Below are positions 1 through 12,900 of a DNA stretch of 64,000 nucleotides, piece after piece. Within the stretch, counting starts at the first letter, position 1; each line of letters starts with the position of its first letter. The notes below the pieces were generated by a model. The model was given only the letters and a program-made list of their open reading frames with translations, was not told the origin of the DNA and made no database searches. A program made the position numbers and the translations under genes. Origin of the DNA: Eledone cirrhosa (lineage: Eukaryota); the NCBI GenBank assembly GCA_964016885.1, contig OZ024760.1, positions 14,632,001 to 14,696,000 on the forward strand, written 5' to 3'.

Positions 1-1266
1 GATATTGACCAAGCACTGAAGTCTCTTGAAGATTAGGTCATCAAAGCATTGGAGACATGACGAAAATCTGTGAGATGGTCTAACCCTGAGCATATATAGC
101 TTAGGAATCGATAGGTAATTTCTGTATATATATATTTAAATTTTGTATATACTCTGCTAATGTATTGAGTACTACACTAACTGTGGTTACCCACGATTGA
201 ACCTGGGGCTCACATATATAGATATATATGTATATATATATTTTGCGTGTGCGTGTTTATTAGTATGCATGATTAAATATATATATATATATATCATAAA
301 TTCAATTAACAACACAACTTCTAATATTTATATCTATAATTATATATTTAAAAAAAAATTCGTACGTAGAGATATTATAGAAACAAACAAATGTGTGGAG
401 AGCGGCAAAAATCCAAACAGACGGGGGATGAATGAATTATCTACCCTGAAATCTTCTGACGTCATAACAGCATTGAAAGGGAGCATTCAGTGTTTGGTCC
501 ACGTCTTCTCTCTAGTGTGTGTGGTGGAAGCAAACCAGCCAAGTTTGGATTGCTCTTTTTTTAATTCTTTTTTTAAAAACGGGGGAATATCTCCTAAAAA
601 AAAAAAATAACAAGCTACAAAAAAAATCAACTACTACAACAACAACACACACAAAAAAACAAAACAATTTGATTTCTGCCTGTTTTCATAAGGAACTTTA
701 AATTCTTCATTCGAGACACCTCTAAACACCATTATTATTTCCCTGTCGCACATTGTTTCTTTGGTTGTTGTCGTCGTTATTGTTATCGTAGCTGCTTGAT
801 TTTTAAAAAAAATTATTTATCTTGTTCCCATAAGGTACATATCTAATTAGTTTCAGTTAATTTCTCTTTATATCTTTCTCTATATCTTATCTACCTTATT
901 CTATGTACGTATATGTATGTATGTGTGTGTGCTGTTTGTACATGTCAGTGTCTCTCTTTATGATGTCTGTCTCCTTAGCTCTATCTCTCTACCTACTGAG
1001 CTAATCTCTCTCTTTATATATATATATATATCTAAATCTTCATCTCTCTCTCTATCTCTTTATCTCTCTACCTATCTATCTATCCATCTATATCTATCTC
1101 TCTACCTACCTGTCTATTCTATCGATCTGTTTGTCTATCTCTTGTCTTTCTAAACATCGCAATTTGTTAAAAATAGTTTCGTTATTGTGTTATGGTTCTC
1201 TCGCCTCTTTTACACAACATACTAAATGATGATGATACTAGTTCTATTCTCCTTCCCCCCCCCCCC

Positions 1267-1303
<37 letters not shown>

Positions 1304-4300
1304 CCTGATTAGCATCAGTTTAGATCTATCACCCCCATCGTTATCATAAACAGCAATAACAACGTTGTTTGTCACTTCATCTAGTAATTACTTGATACGT
1401 GTTCAAATCTCGCCTCTGATGGCGATGAGGAACTTCACACCTTACTACCTGTAATCGCGAAGGGTCGCCGGTGTTGGTGATGGGGAAAGCCTATATACCT
1501 GTTATCGGAATAGTGGTGGTGGTATAAATAAAATGATAAGTAAATTCATTTGTGTGGGTGGGGTGGGGTGGAGGAATCGATTAAGACGGTTTCAAAAACC
1601 TTTCTCTTCACCCTACACATTTTTACCTTTCGCCTACGCGATGAAAGAATCATCATTGGTGTGGTATTATTATTATTATCGGTTGTTGATATTAATTAGC
1701 AGGCCTTCCCTACTTCCCACCTTCTCGGGTCAGCTCTGATTGGATAGGCACACCTGTGATCGGAGACAGTCCAACCGTGAACATGCCGTTTGTTTTTTTG
1801 TTTTTTTAAGAATGCCTTCGACTACATTATCTAATGTGTCCCCTTCCTTTAAGCATTATGATACCAACACGCATTAAACCGCTTCTGGTTCTGAGACAAA
1901 GCTGTTTATTTATATTGATCTAAAAAAATAAAATTTTCCCTTGTTATTTATGAAGGAACCTTTGTTAAATAATGTTCCAAACTCCAGTTTAATGATGAGA
2001 AAGTTATAATTACTGAATCCTTTCAAATCCTTCCCTATTTTCAAAGTTATTTGAAAATCATAGGCAGTGCTTTATACATCTAAATCCCTCGAAATTCTTG
2101 AGTATCTTCATAAGAAAATGGTTACGAAAGGGTTAAAGACAGTTGGGTGTTATTTTAGGGATATTTCTTTGGCTGCTATTTCTAGCAGGTCGATCGACCA
2201 CGTAAATCGCCTATCTGTTTTGTTATAAGCGCAAGACCCAACATCACAGAAAATATATGAAATGTAGAATGTGATTATGTGATGTTCATGCTTTTTTCTG
2301 GGGGTCTTTTTGGCCCTTTTTTTATCCCTACATTTTACTCTCTTTCTCATTTCATATACGCTTTTCTTCGTGGCCAAGTATGGTCATCATGGGTTCGATT
2401 CCCGGACCGGACTTCATGCTGTGTTCTTGAGCAAGACGTTGCTTTTCATGCTATGACTCGGGGGTCCCTATCATTATAACTCACGAGGAATCTCTAGGGT
2501 GTAAGCTCGTTGAAGGCTAGTTAAACCTGCATATGCGTGAAATGTACATTTTATTTTATTTTTCATCGAAGCCACCCTGTGGGTCGCGATATAACTCTGA
2601 GAGGGTCATGAAGAGGAAATGTTTGTATTTTCAAAAATATATGATAACGTGTTAAATGTTCCTGTGTTACAATGAACTATGAATATAATACGATCCAGGA
2701 TATGACTGGGGGGACCCCTATCATAAAAAAACTAAACAAACACCCGAGAAACCTCCAATGAAATACAATAAGCGCATCATAAAAGGCCGGCTAAACCTTA
2801 AATGGTGTGTGAGCCAGTAGGGGCCACAACCCTACTTTTAAGATAAACAAAAAGTGAGGCATTTTCCTCCTCCTCCCCCAAAATATATCAAACGTGTGTG
2901 AGTGCTCTATTGGAATATATTTTTCTTTTTAAAAAGGGGGGGGGGGGTCCTAGAGTGATTCATTTGTCTAAAAAAAAAAGGATTTGTGGTGGTTAGAATG
3001 ATTACGAACTACTACTTTAATGGTACGCGGCCTTTCCAGCTCTGGTTATATGAAACAAAACTGTCCATTTTAAAGGGTTCCTATTTATATTAAAATTTTC
3101 CGACATATGTATGTTGTAAGAGAATGTTCAGAGAGGGAGGGTAAAAGTTGTAGCATTAAATATTGTTTAAAACACTTAATTTTGCACCATGTCACCCTTC
3201 GGGTATATCGTGTTTAGCGACACCAGTTAACTAACGGGTACTGTTTTCGGGTGGTATTGAAATCAAAAAGAGAATCGTGGACAAACAGTCAGTCAGTAAG
3301 TAGGTAGATAGAGACTTCGAAGTTTCAACTGGGTTGCTGGATTGAAGAGATTGAAGCTTTAAAAAATAAAACCATTTTAATATTTACATCAACGACACAG
3401 CCTCCCTCGTCTGTTTTTATATTTTTTGTAAGGTGGAGGTGATAAAATATATATTATATATGAGGTCGAAGGGTGATTGTCAAGGCAAAATGAATGCATA
3501 ATTTAAACTGAAGCGTTGAATTTAAGATACCAATCGATGTAGTTAGTAGTAGTGGTATTAGTAGTTGTTGTGTAGCCCTCTCCGGGTAAATGAACAACAC
3601 TGGTCGTTGGTAGACAAGACCTATGATCAAAGGCGTTCCTGCCGTGACCGTCCCATTTGAGACGATGGTTGACTGTGATGTGTGGGGAAGGGAGGGGTTG
3701 TGCGACCACATGGAGTCCCTCGTTAGATCGTGTACCGAGTAGCAGTAGCAGATATAATTTTATAACTGATATATATATAATATCAACATGCATATATGTA
3801 TGTATGTATGCTAAACATTCACGTGTAAACATGAACATATGCGTGTGTGCGTAAATATGTATGTATTGAAAATGCTTCTATTTCTCTCAATATTTAACAT
3901 TCTATTTCTGTATTTATCGTGTTTATTATTATATATAGAGAGATACGTCTATGTGTGTGAGTATGTATATATACATATGGATCTCTATATAGTATATTAG
4001 TATATATATACACAAAGATCTCTATTGATATAGTATATATATTATAATATATATATATATATACGCACACACACATGTATACATTAAAACACTGTCTGGC
4101 CTGCTTACAAACAATTATGTTAGCAGTTAACACCTAAAATCTTGTGTTTTTATTCTATCTTCTAAACATCCTTTATGATCACACATACATAGTTTTGGGT
4201 CTCTGGGTTGAGGGACGGTTTTTGTAATACGTGGAGAAAAAACGGGTCTTTCAGGCAGGGACGAGGGCACTTTACTAGGAAATGTGTATCAATCGTAAAT

Positions 4301-4989
4301 TTTATAAATTTATAGGTATGTTTATTTACTTATAGTAAATTTCTGTTTTGGCTTTTAAAGTATATTCTGTTTATGATTTTACTGGTTTCGGCCACTTGAC
4401 TGAGGCCATGCTGGGGCACCGCCTTAAATTTATATATATCATATAGTTATTGAAACGGCCGGAGTTCAGCCGTCGGGGTCCTGAATTTATATATATATGT
4501 GTGTGTGTTTGTGTATACACGTGTGCTGGACGATTGTTGATTCGAACAACGGAAGAGAGAGCCTGCTCGTGAAATTAACATACAAGTGGCTGAGCATTCC
4601 ACAGACACGTGTATCACCTAACTTTGAAGTGTATAAATATATTTTTGCATCATAAGTTCGTAATTAATAATATAGTAATAATTGTTTCTACTAATGAAAT
4701 TATTGTGTACAGTGCTCAGGTGCACTACAACTCATCAATTACATGTTCATACTTAGTAATTTTTTTAAAAATATTTTTGTTTGGTATTTTATTTACAAAA
4801 GGAGAAGAGGTAAAGAAAGGCTGATCTGGTTGTATGGGAAAGTAGAGGAAAGGACTATAAAAGCCATAAATGAGAGGAAATAGAAGGGGAAAGCAAGGAC
4901 TCTAGGGCCACAGAAGAAAAGGAGGGGGAAGGGGAGAGGTTGATGGGCTCTGGGCCTATGACGCAAAGGTATTTGGGCTGTGCACCACA

Positions 4990-5630
4990 GACAAAACTGC
5001 AAAAGCATTTTCGCAGACAATAGCTAGCCAGCGACACCTGCTGCAACAGCTACCCCACATTGCAGGGCTCCTGACGTTCTAATTTTGTGGAGGAGCTTAG
5101 CAGTTTGAGGTCCGAGGATGCCTGAGGTCTCAACGGTGACCAGTGTGAAGAGGAAGTGGCTGGACAATCCCCAGTATTTGTTTGGTTTACTTTTCTCTGC
5201 ATTGTGGGCCACAGTATCTGGGTTTGTTGGAGGTGGAGAACATGTCACGTGGCGTCCCAAATGAGGGATCTACTTCCTTCGAATGGGAAGAGGGTAATTC
5301 CGTCTGGGTGCTTGCCATCTCCGCAATCAAGGTCTGCTGGCTCCTATTGTGATGGGAAGCCAGCTGTGTCCAGGCTGCTTCTTAAGATGTTGGGAGCAGC
5401 ATGTTGGGGTAACCAGGCTGCACTCTGGCAGCATGACAGTGGGTGTAGGCCAAACTTGTCAATGACTGCCCCACAAAGGCATTTATGAGGAGGCCAAGTG
5501 CACTCATCATCAAAAAAGGGTACCAGTTGATGATGGGGGGGGGGGGGGCACCAAATTGAGCCACGCACCACTGTTTGGCTGTGAAACAGATTGTAGGCAG
5601 GTGTGGCATTTGTCCAAGCCAGACTCAATC
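4990..5630 (-). mobile_element. Decayed CRE-clade non-LTR retrotransposon 3' fragment (CCHC + RLE)
   Basis: Broken frames give CLCGAVIDKFGLHPLSC, LDTAGFPSQ*EP..DGKHPDGITLFPF...LIWDAT and VTVETSGILGP, the endonuclease region of CRE elements, with stops and frameshifts. Confidence 0.75.
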
Positions 5631-6286
5631 CAAGACCTGTAGTTGATATCCCAGTTACATTGAAACTGAAACAATCACAATTTAAAACTACTTCACCAAT
5701 GCTTTCATTCTTGAATAGACCATCCTTCCCATTAGTCTTTAAAACTAATACAGCTTTTATGAAACATCTGTGATTTTGAAAAAGGTTTATATATGAATAA
5801 TATTGATATATAAATAAATTTATAAAAACGTTAGATTGAAATTACATTCTGAGTTCAAATTTATATTTAGATTACAGGTGTTATAGGTGTATCACATATA
5901 TATATCATGGGTTAGACGGGTTGTCCTGTTGTGGGCAGTGCCAGGTCGGGTGACCATGTCTTGCTCATACGGGAACTGATTCTGGCTTGATTTCTACAAC
6001 TGGATGCCCTTCCTAACACCAACCTCATTTACAGTGAGTACTGAGTGCTTTTTTTTACCGTGGTGCATACACGACCACTTTACAGTGTGGACTAGGTGCT
6101 TTTTTACCATGGCGCCTACACGACCACTTTGCAGGGGGGGGGGGCATATTTTCTATATGCTTCAGCTTCAGCTTGTACCCGGGGGAAGTCAGGTCTTCTG
6201 TATTATATATATATATATATAAATGTAAGTATGTATGTATATCAGCCGTACTAAGAGTGAGAAATGAAATTTTGTTTCATTCTTTT

Positions 6287-6342
<56 letters not shown>

Positions 6343-7206
6343 TTATACATACACACATATATATATCATCATTTTACATCCACTTTTCCATGATTGCATG
6401 GGTGTGAATTGGCAGAGTTGTTAGAATGTTGAATAGAATGCTTTATGGTATTCATTACGGCTCTCTGCTCTTTGAATTCAAATCCTGCCGAGGTCAACTT
6501 TGCCTTTCATCCATTTAAGGTCAATTAAAAAAGTACCAGTCTAGTACTGGGCTCGATTCTTCCTCTATACCTCTTTCTCTCATTCTCTATCCTTCTCTGA
6601 AAACATCTGTATTCAGACCTGGAGAAGTGATGGGCTCTGCCAGGTATAAAAATGCCCTAGAAACACCATATGTCAATATGCCACCCCTATGACTCCCTTG
6701 GGAGTTACGGGTCTATACATACATTTGATTTATGCGCTGTTGTTTAAACACAAGGCTCAGGTCTGATCATCTAACTGTATCTATGTATGCATGTGCAGTG
6801 TTGTGCTAGATGTTACTTATTATAAATCCATGTATGGGCATCGCTGATAGCCATAATCTGTATCTGGTATTTGTGCAGGTCCCTAGCTGGCTTTAAAAGC
6901 CACCCAGGGCTTACAACCCCTCAAAGAAACATTATTTATTAGCAACAGTCTTATCCATTTAACAAGTCAACAGCCATTATGTATGCATGTACCTGTAACT
7001 CTCTCTTTCATCACCTCTCACTCAGTCTCTCTCCCACTCCCCTCCACTCTCTCTCTCTCTCCCCACACTCCCCTCCACTCGCTCTCTCCCCACACTCCCC
7101 GCCACTCTCTCTCTCTCTCTCTCCCACACACACTCACATTCTCTCTCTTCTCTTCTCCAGTATGTAATACCTTATCACACCTGGACTGTTACCGAACATC
7201 ATCAAG

Positions 7207-7409
7207 ATGACTAACATGGAGGTGAAATTACCTCCAAGATGGCTACGCTGCCCTCGCAGAGGTAAACCTGTTGGTAAGTTTTATTCTATAATTCTTATTT
7301 TTCTGTGAATTGGCAGAGTCATTAGGGTTTCGAATTATATGCCTGGGTTTTGTTCTGACTGTCTCTGCTCTGAGTTTAAATCCTGCCTAGAATTCATTAT
7401 TTTTTTGGT

Positions 7410-7445
<36 letters not shown>

Positions 7446-9511
7446 ATTTATATATATATATGTCCTACTCATGTATAGGTCACACCTCCATTTTACATAC
7501 AACATTTATGATGTATTACACACAGACATAGACATATATATATATATGTTTTTTGTAAGAATATACTAAAGTAAAAGTATTTCAGTCATATTACACCTTA
7601 AATAACTCAAGTACTATATAGGCTAGAACTATAATTTGTAGAGCTTCATTTATCCTAAATACATCCAATACACATAAACAATTTGAAGGTGTGTGGCTGA
7701 GTGGTTAGAGAATTGGATTCGCTATTGTGATTAGAGAATTGGATTCGCTATTTTGATTCCTAGACCGGGCGATGCGTTATGTCCTTGAGCAAGACACTAC
7801 TTTATTTCATGTTGCTCCTTCTGCCTGGAATTGTAACTGACAGACAGTATTAGCAGTTGGAAAGACCAATGGAAACATTGTTTCCTCAGTCTGATTTGAT
7901 GAGCTCCACCCAACGCGTTAAGCAAATGAGGTCTGGGATCTTGTCGATCGATTTTTTGATATATGCAATTAGTCACAAGCACACACAACCCCCCACCTCT
8001 TACACACACAAACAATTAATTAAACTTTTTTGTTGCTTTTTCAGGTAAATTTTTACCTTTCAAGACCCCTCTTGACTCTAAATACAACAGCCTCATTGCT
8101 GATGAGTTTAAGTTTGATGTTGGTCTTCTATTTGGCTCCGTCAAACATTACAGTGTAAGTTGTTTCTGTGTTTATGTCCTGTTTTTTTAAATTATTTTAT
8201 ATAAAACAGCCCACACTGTAAAGTGGTCATGAAAGTGCCCACGGAGCAATACGCTTATAAATGCTTGTGCCACTCTACAGAGTGTACTGGGTGCATTTTA
8301 TCATGGTAAAACCATCAGAGAAGCCCATCTGAAGAGTCCTATCAATTCATTTTTGACATGGATGCACTTCATAATGCCAGCTGCTATTTGGTATGTATTG
8401 GAGGCTTTTTACTGTGACACTAGCACTAGAAAGGTTATCTTTCCCTTGACACAACTGAATTATCCTCTCAACTGTTTTTTTTTGGGGGGGGGGGGGCATG
8501 ATTTCTATTACTGGATGTCGTTCTTAATGCCAGCTGCTTTGCAGACGGTATTGGGTACATTTTATTGTGATGCTAACTCTAGGGATGTTGTCAAGTCCTT
8601 GATACAGTTGAAAAGTCCTCTCTGCCTATTTAGCATGATTTTTACAGCTGGAGGCCCTTCCTATCACCAATCACATTTCAGAGAATACTGGGTGCATTTT
8701 ATCATGGTACCAGCACTAGACATGTAGTCATATCCTTGACACAACTGAAGAGTCTTCTTGACCCATTTTTGGCAAGATTCAAATCCCACCAAGATCAGCT
8801 TTACCTTTCATCCTTTCGAGGTCAATAAAAAAGGTACCAGTCTAGTACTGGGGTTGATTCTTCCTCTATATCTATTTCTCACTTAACTTCTCTCACTTTT
8901 TATCCATCTCTGGAAGAATTCTGCTGTATTCAGACCTAGAGAGGAGATGGGTTCCACCAAGTTTCAAAACACCCTAGAAACACTGCATGTGAATATGGCA
9001 CCTCTATGACTCCCTCGTGAGTTACAGGTCCATGCATGCATATATATGTGTATGTGTGGTTTCTATTAAAATATCCAATACATAATTGTCAAACAAGCCC
9101 ATTATTTTTGCCTTTGTTTCATTCATCTGAACATTTGCTTACCTTTCCAACCCAGATGAAAATAGGCTTGTGGATTGATCTGACCAATACTGACCGTTTC
9201 TACGACAGTGCTTCGATTGAGAAAGAAGATTGTAAATATTTCAAATTAAAATGTCGTGGGTGAGTAAATCTGTTACTTTTTCTTTTCTTCTGATTCTTGG
9301 AACCCTTTAACTCCCTTTTATTTTTTACTTTTCCTTCAAATTTGCATTTATGTCTTCATTCCCACTCAACTCCACTCTTCCATTCACTCACACTACTGTA
9401 TTGTCCCACTCAACTCCACTCTTTCTTTCCCTCACACTACTGTGTTGTTCCCACTCAACTCCACTCTTCCATTCACCACCACTATCATTCTTCTGCATTG
9501 TTTCCCCCATT

Positions 9512-9553
<42 letters not shown>

Positions 9554-9846
9554 ATAATAATAAATTTGAAGACTAAAATCCAAAGAGGGCTCGGTAAGGA
9601 TAAGGGTGAAAGCAGCGATTCTTGGCTTAAACTTTAATCTGTTATTTTAATAAATATATATATATATATACGATATATTAACAAATGGAAACTATATTTA
9701 TTTCATTATACATATTTCAAGGACACCCAGTTAAATTATGGTGTGCTTTCATCAGATAAAAATATTTGCTTGTTGTATCCAAACAATTTAAATAGAACTT
9801 CTACATATATATATATATATTGTTATATTTGGGGATGGTCATGTTG

Positions 9847-9910
<64 letters not shown>

Positions 9911-12900
9911 ATATATGGTGTACCTATTCTAAACCAGATACACCAACTCTTTTAGTCAACACTTACAATACACTGTGATATGGTGTACCTATTTTAAACC
10001 AGACACACAGCAACTCTTTAGATAACACTTACAATACACTGATATGGTGTACCTATTCTAAACCAGACACAGCAACTCTTTAGATAACACTTACAATACA
10101 CTGATATGGTGTACCTATTTTAAACCAGACACAGCAACTCTTTAGATAACACTTACAATACACTGATATGGTGTACCTATTCTAAACCAGACACACAGCA
10201 ACTCTTTAGATAACACTTACAATACACTGATATGGTGTACCTATTTTAAACCAGACACACAGCAACTCTTTAGATAACACTTACAATACACTGATATGGT
10301 GTACCTATTCTAAACCAGACACACAGCAACTCTTTAGATAACACTTACAATACACTGTGATATGGTGTACCTATTCTAAACCAGAGACACAGCAAAAGTG
10401 TTGTCTAAAAGAGTTGGTATGTATCTGGTTTAGAATAGGTACACCATATTACAGTGTATTGTAAGTGTTGTCTAAAAGTAATGATTATAATCGAAGTTGT
10501 ACCTGCAAGTAGCAGATGATCAGCCTCGATCATCGAAGGCTGCCACGAAGCACTCAATGAAAGAGTAATTAATAAATTACTCCTCAGAGTGAACAGAAGA
10601 AGTTAGGTAATAATGAGACAATGAATAATGTGACCAGAGGCATGTTGCCACATGAATACTACAACAAAAATACAATCAGGTTAAAAACAAACCTGGACCT
10701 GATCGATAGATATTGATCGATACCGTCAATAGGTTTCTGGGAAGTTACATTCCAAGTTGCATAATGTATATGCAAGTCAATAATATATATATATCAGTTC
10801 CCATCCCACCCTTGCAAGCAGGGAAAAACGGACGTAAAATGAAACGATATACACAAAACGCCAGCACCAACAGTTTTGCAAGAGATGTCAACATGAATGG
10901 ACCTGTTATTTTTATCTAAAGACATTTTTTCCAATTCCATCCCATCTGTCCCCTCAATCTATCTTATTTCTCATTCTTTCTTCTGATGAAAGACTAGCGT
11001 CCGAAACTTTAAGACCCTCTTCCTGCTATACCAAGCGTTAGCCTAATATATCCCTTCCATATACTGTACCAATTGTGTTGTTATTTCTGTTTACCTTTTA
11101 CATACACACACACACAGATATATATATATATATATAGATTAAAGGAGCTATTTATAAGCTTATATATATATATTTGTTTTGCAATATTTCTATTGGCATC
11201 ATGATCATCCCCAAATATAACTGTATATATATATATGTATATCTTTTATTGTTGTTTAGTCATGGAGAAGCTCCATCTGAGGAACAAACCAAGGTTTTCA
11301 TAGAAATGTCCGCCAAATATTCTGCCACCCACCCTTCAGATGTCATTGGTAAGTTTTAACCCTTTCATGACCATATTTATAAAAGCACTCAGTCCACACT
11401 GTAAAGCGGTCATGTAAGCGACACGGCAAAAAGCACCCAGCACACACTATAAATGTGGTTGGCATTAGGAAGGGTATCCAGCCGTAGAAACCATGCCAAA
11501 ATCAATTCTGTGTAAGCGAATCATGGTCCCCTGACCTGATCCCTCACAAAAGGATAACCCGTCCTACCCATGCTAGTGTGGAAGATGGACGTTAAACAAT
11601 TATGATGATATATATACACACACACACTACATATATATATATGAAAATAAGTGATGTAATTTGAAGAAACTATATTTCAGTACTAGACATAATGTTATCC
11701 AGGGATTTAAGAAATATGTGCTGTTACTCATTATCTCTTTGAAAATAGTGAAACAATTTAAAGAAACATTATTTCAGTACTAGGTGTACCATTACTAACA
11801 GTCTCTTTGAAAGTAGAGTGAAATGATTTAACCCTTTAGCATTTAAACCAACCATATCCAGCCAGAATTCTCTCACCTTTTTCTGTTCACACCGGCTGTA
11901 ACTGACCGCTCATACTTATGTTAAGATATTGTTCTCAAAATAAATAATATCAAAATCTCATAAATCCGATATCATGTGAGATAAAGCCTTTGCCGTGAAA
12001 ATATAATAGTAAATATAGAGTAATATAAATGATAAAGGGTTACAGAAATGTCAGTATATTGATTTTTTTATTGTTGTTGTTGTTTCAGGGGTTCATTGTA
12101 CCCATGGCTTTAACAGAACTGGTTTTCTCATTGTTGCTTTCCTTGTTGAAAAAGAGTCATGGAGGTAAGAGATCATTTTATTTTATGTGTTTTTATGTGT
12201 TGCTCAGTGGTTAGAGTGTTCAGCTCATGATTGTAAGGTCAGGAGTTTGATTCCTGATGTTCTGAGTTTGAATCCCACCATGGTTAGCTCTGCCTTTCAT
12301 CCTTATGGTGTCAAAATAAAGTACCAGTAATGCACTGGGGTCGATTTAATCAACTTTCCCTTTTCCTTCAAATTGTTGGCCTTGTACCAAAAGTAGAAGC
12401 AATTATTATTGTTAATAGCAGAAAAACCACCCTTCGGGTATAGTGTGTATATTGATATTATATGCAGATATATATGCATGTAGATATGATATGTTAAATG
12501 AAATTGTAATTGACAATATGCACAGAAATTGAATGAAGTCTGTGTTACACTGTCTTCTGTAATCAGTAACGTAATCCATGGTACATTAAAAAAAAGATGG
12601 TATTATATATAAACTGCATATATAATAAACTAAAATGTTATGAAAATGAAAAAGTAGAAAATTAACGACCTAAATATAAACCTTATATAACGGTGCAAAT
12701 ATAGGAACATTTATATAAGCAATGTGATAAGTGTTATAATATAACGGACGCTAACCAGGAGTATTGACATTTGAAAATTTTTAAGAAGTGAATCTTAAAA
12801 TAAGCAATACTTTATATATAAGAATATTTATGTTTAATCAAGAGCTACAAAATTTAGTACATAAATTATGTAATATTCATTCATTATTTATTCAAAGTAA

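Noticed and set aside
20-76. Hammerhead-like strings at 22-75, about 27250-27285 and about 40245-40312
   Set aside because: Core nucleotides or helix register are broken; too degenerate to call.
1283-1500. Possible minus-strand exon with an open frame (DEVTNNVVIAVYDNDGGDRSKL) and a donor near 1284
   Set aside because: Weak acceptor, no recognisable homology and no partner exons found.
4180-4320. Possible non-coding first exon or promoter of RNGTT (donor ag|gtatgt near 4316)
   Set aside because: Plausible, since the ATG exon has an acceptor at 7160, but it cannot be supported without transcript data.
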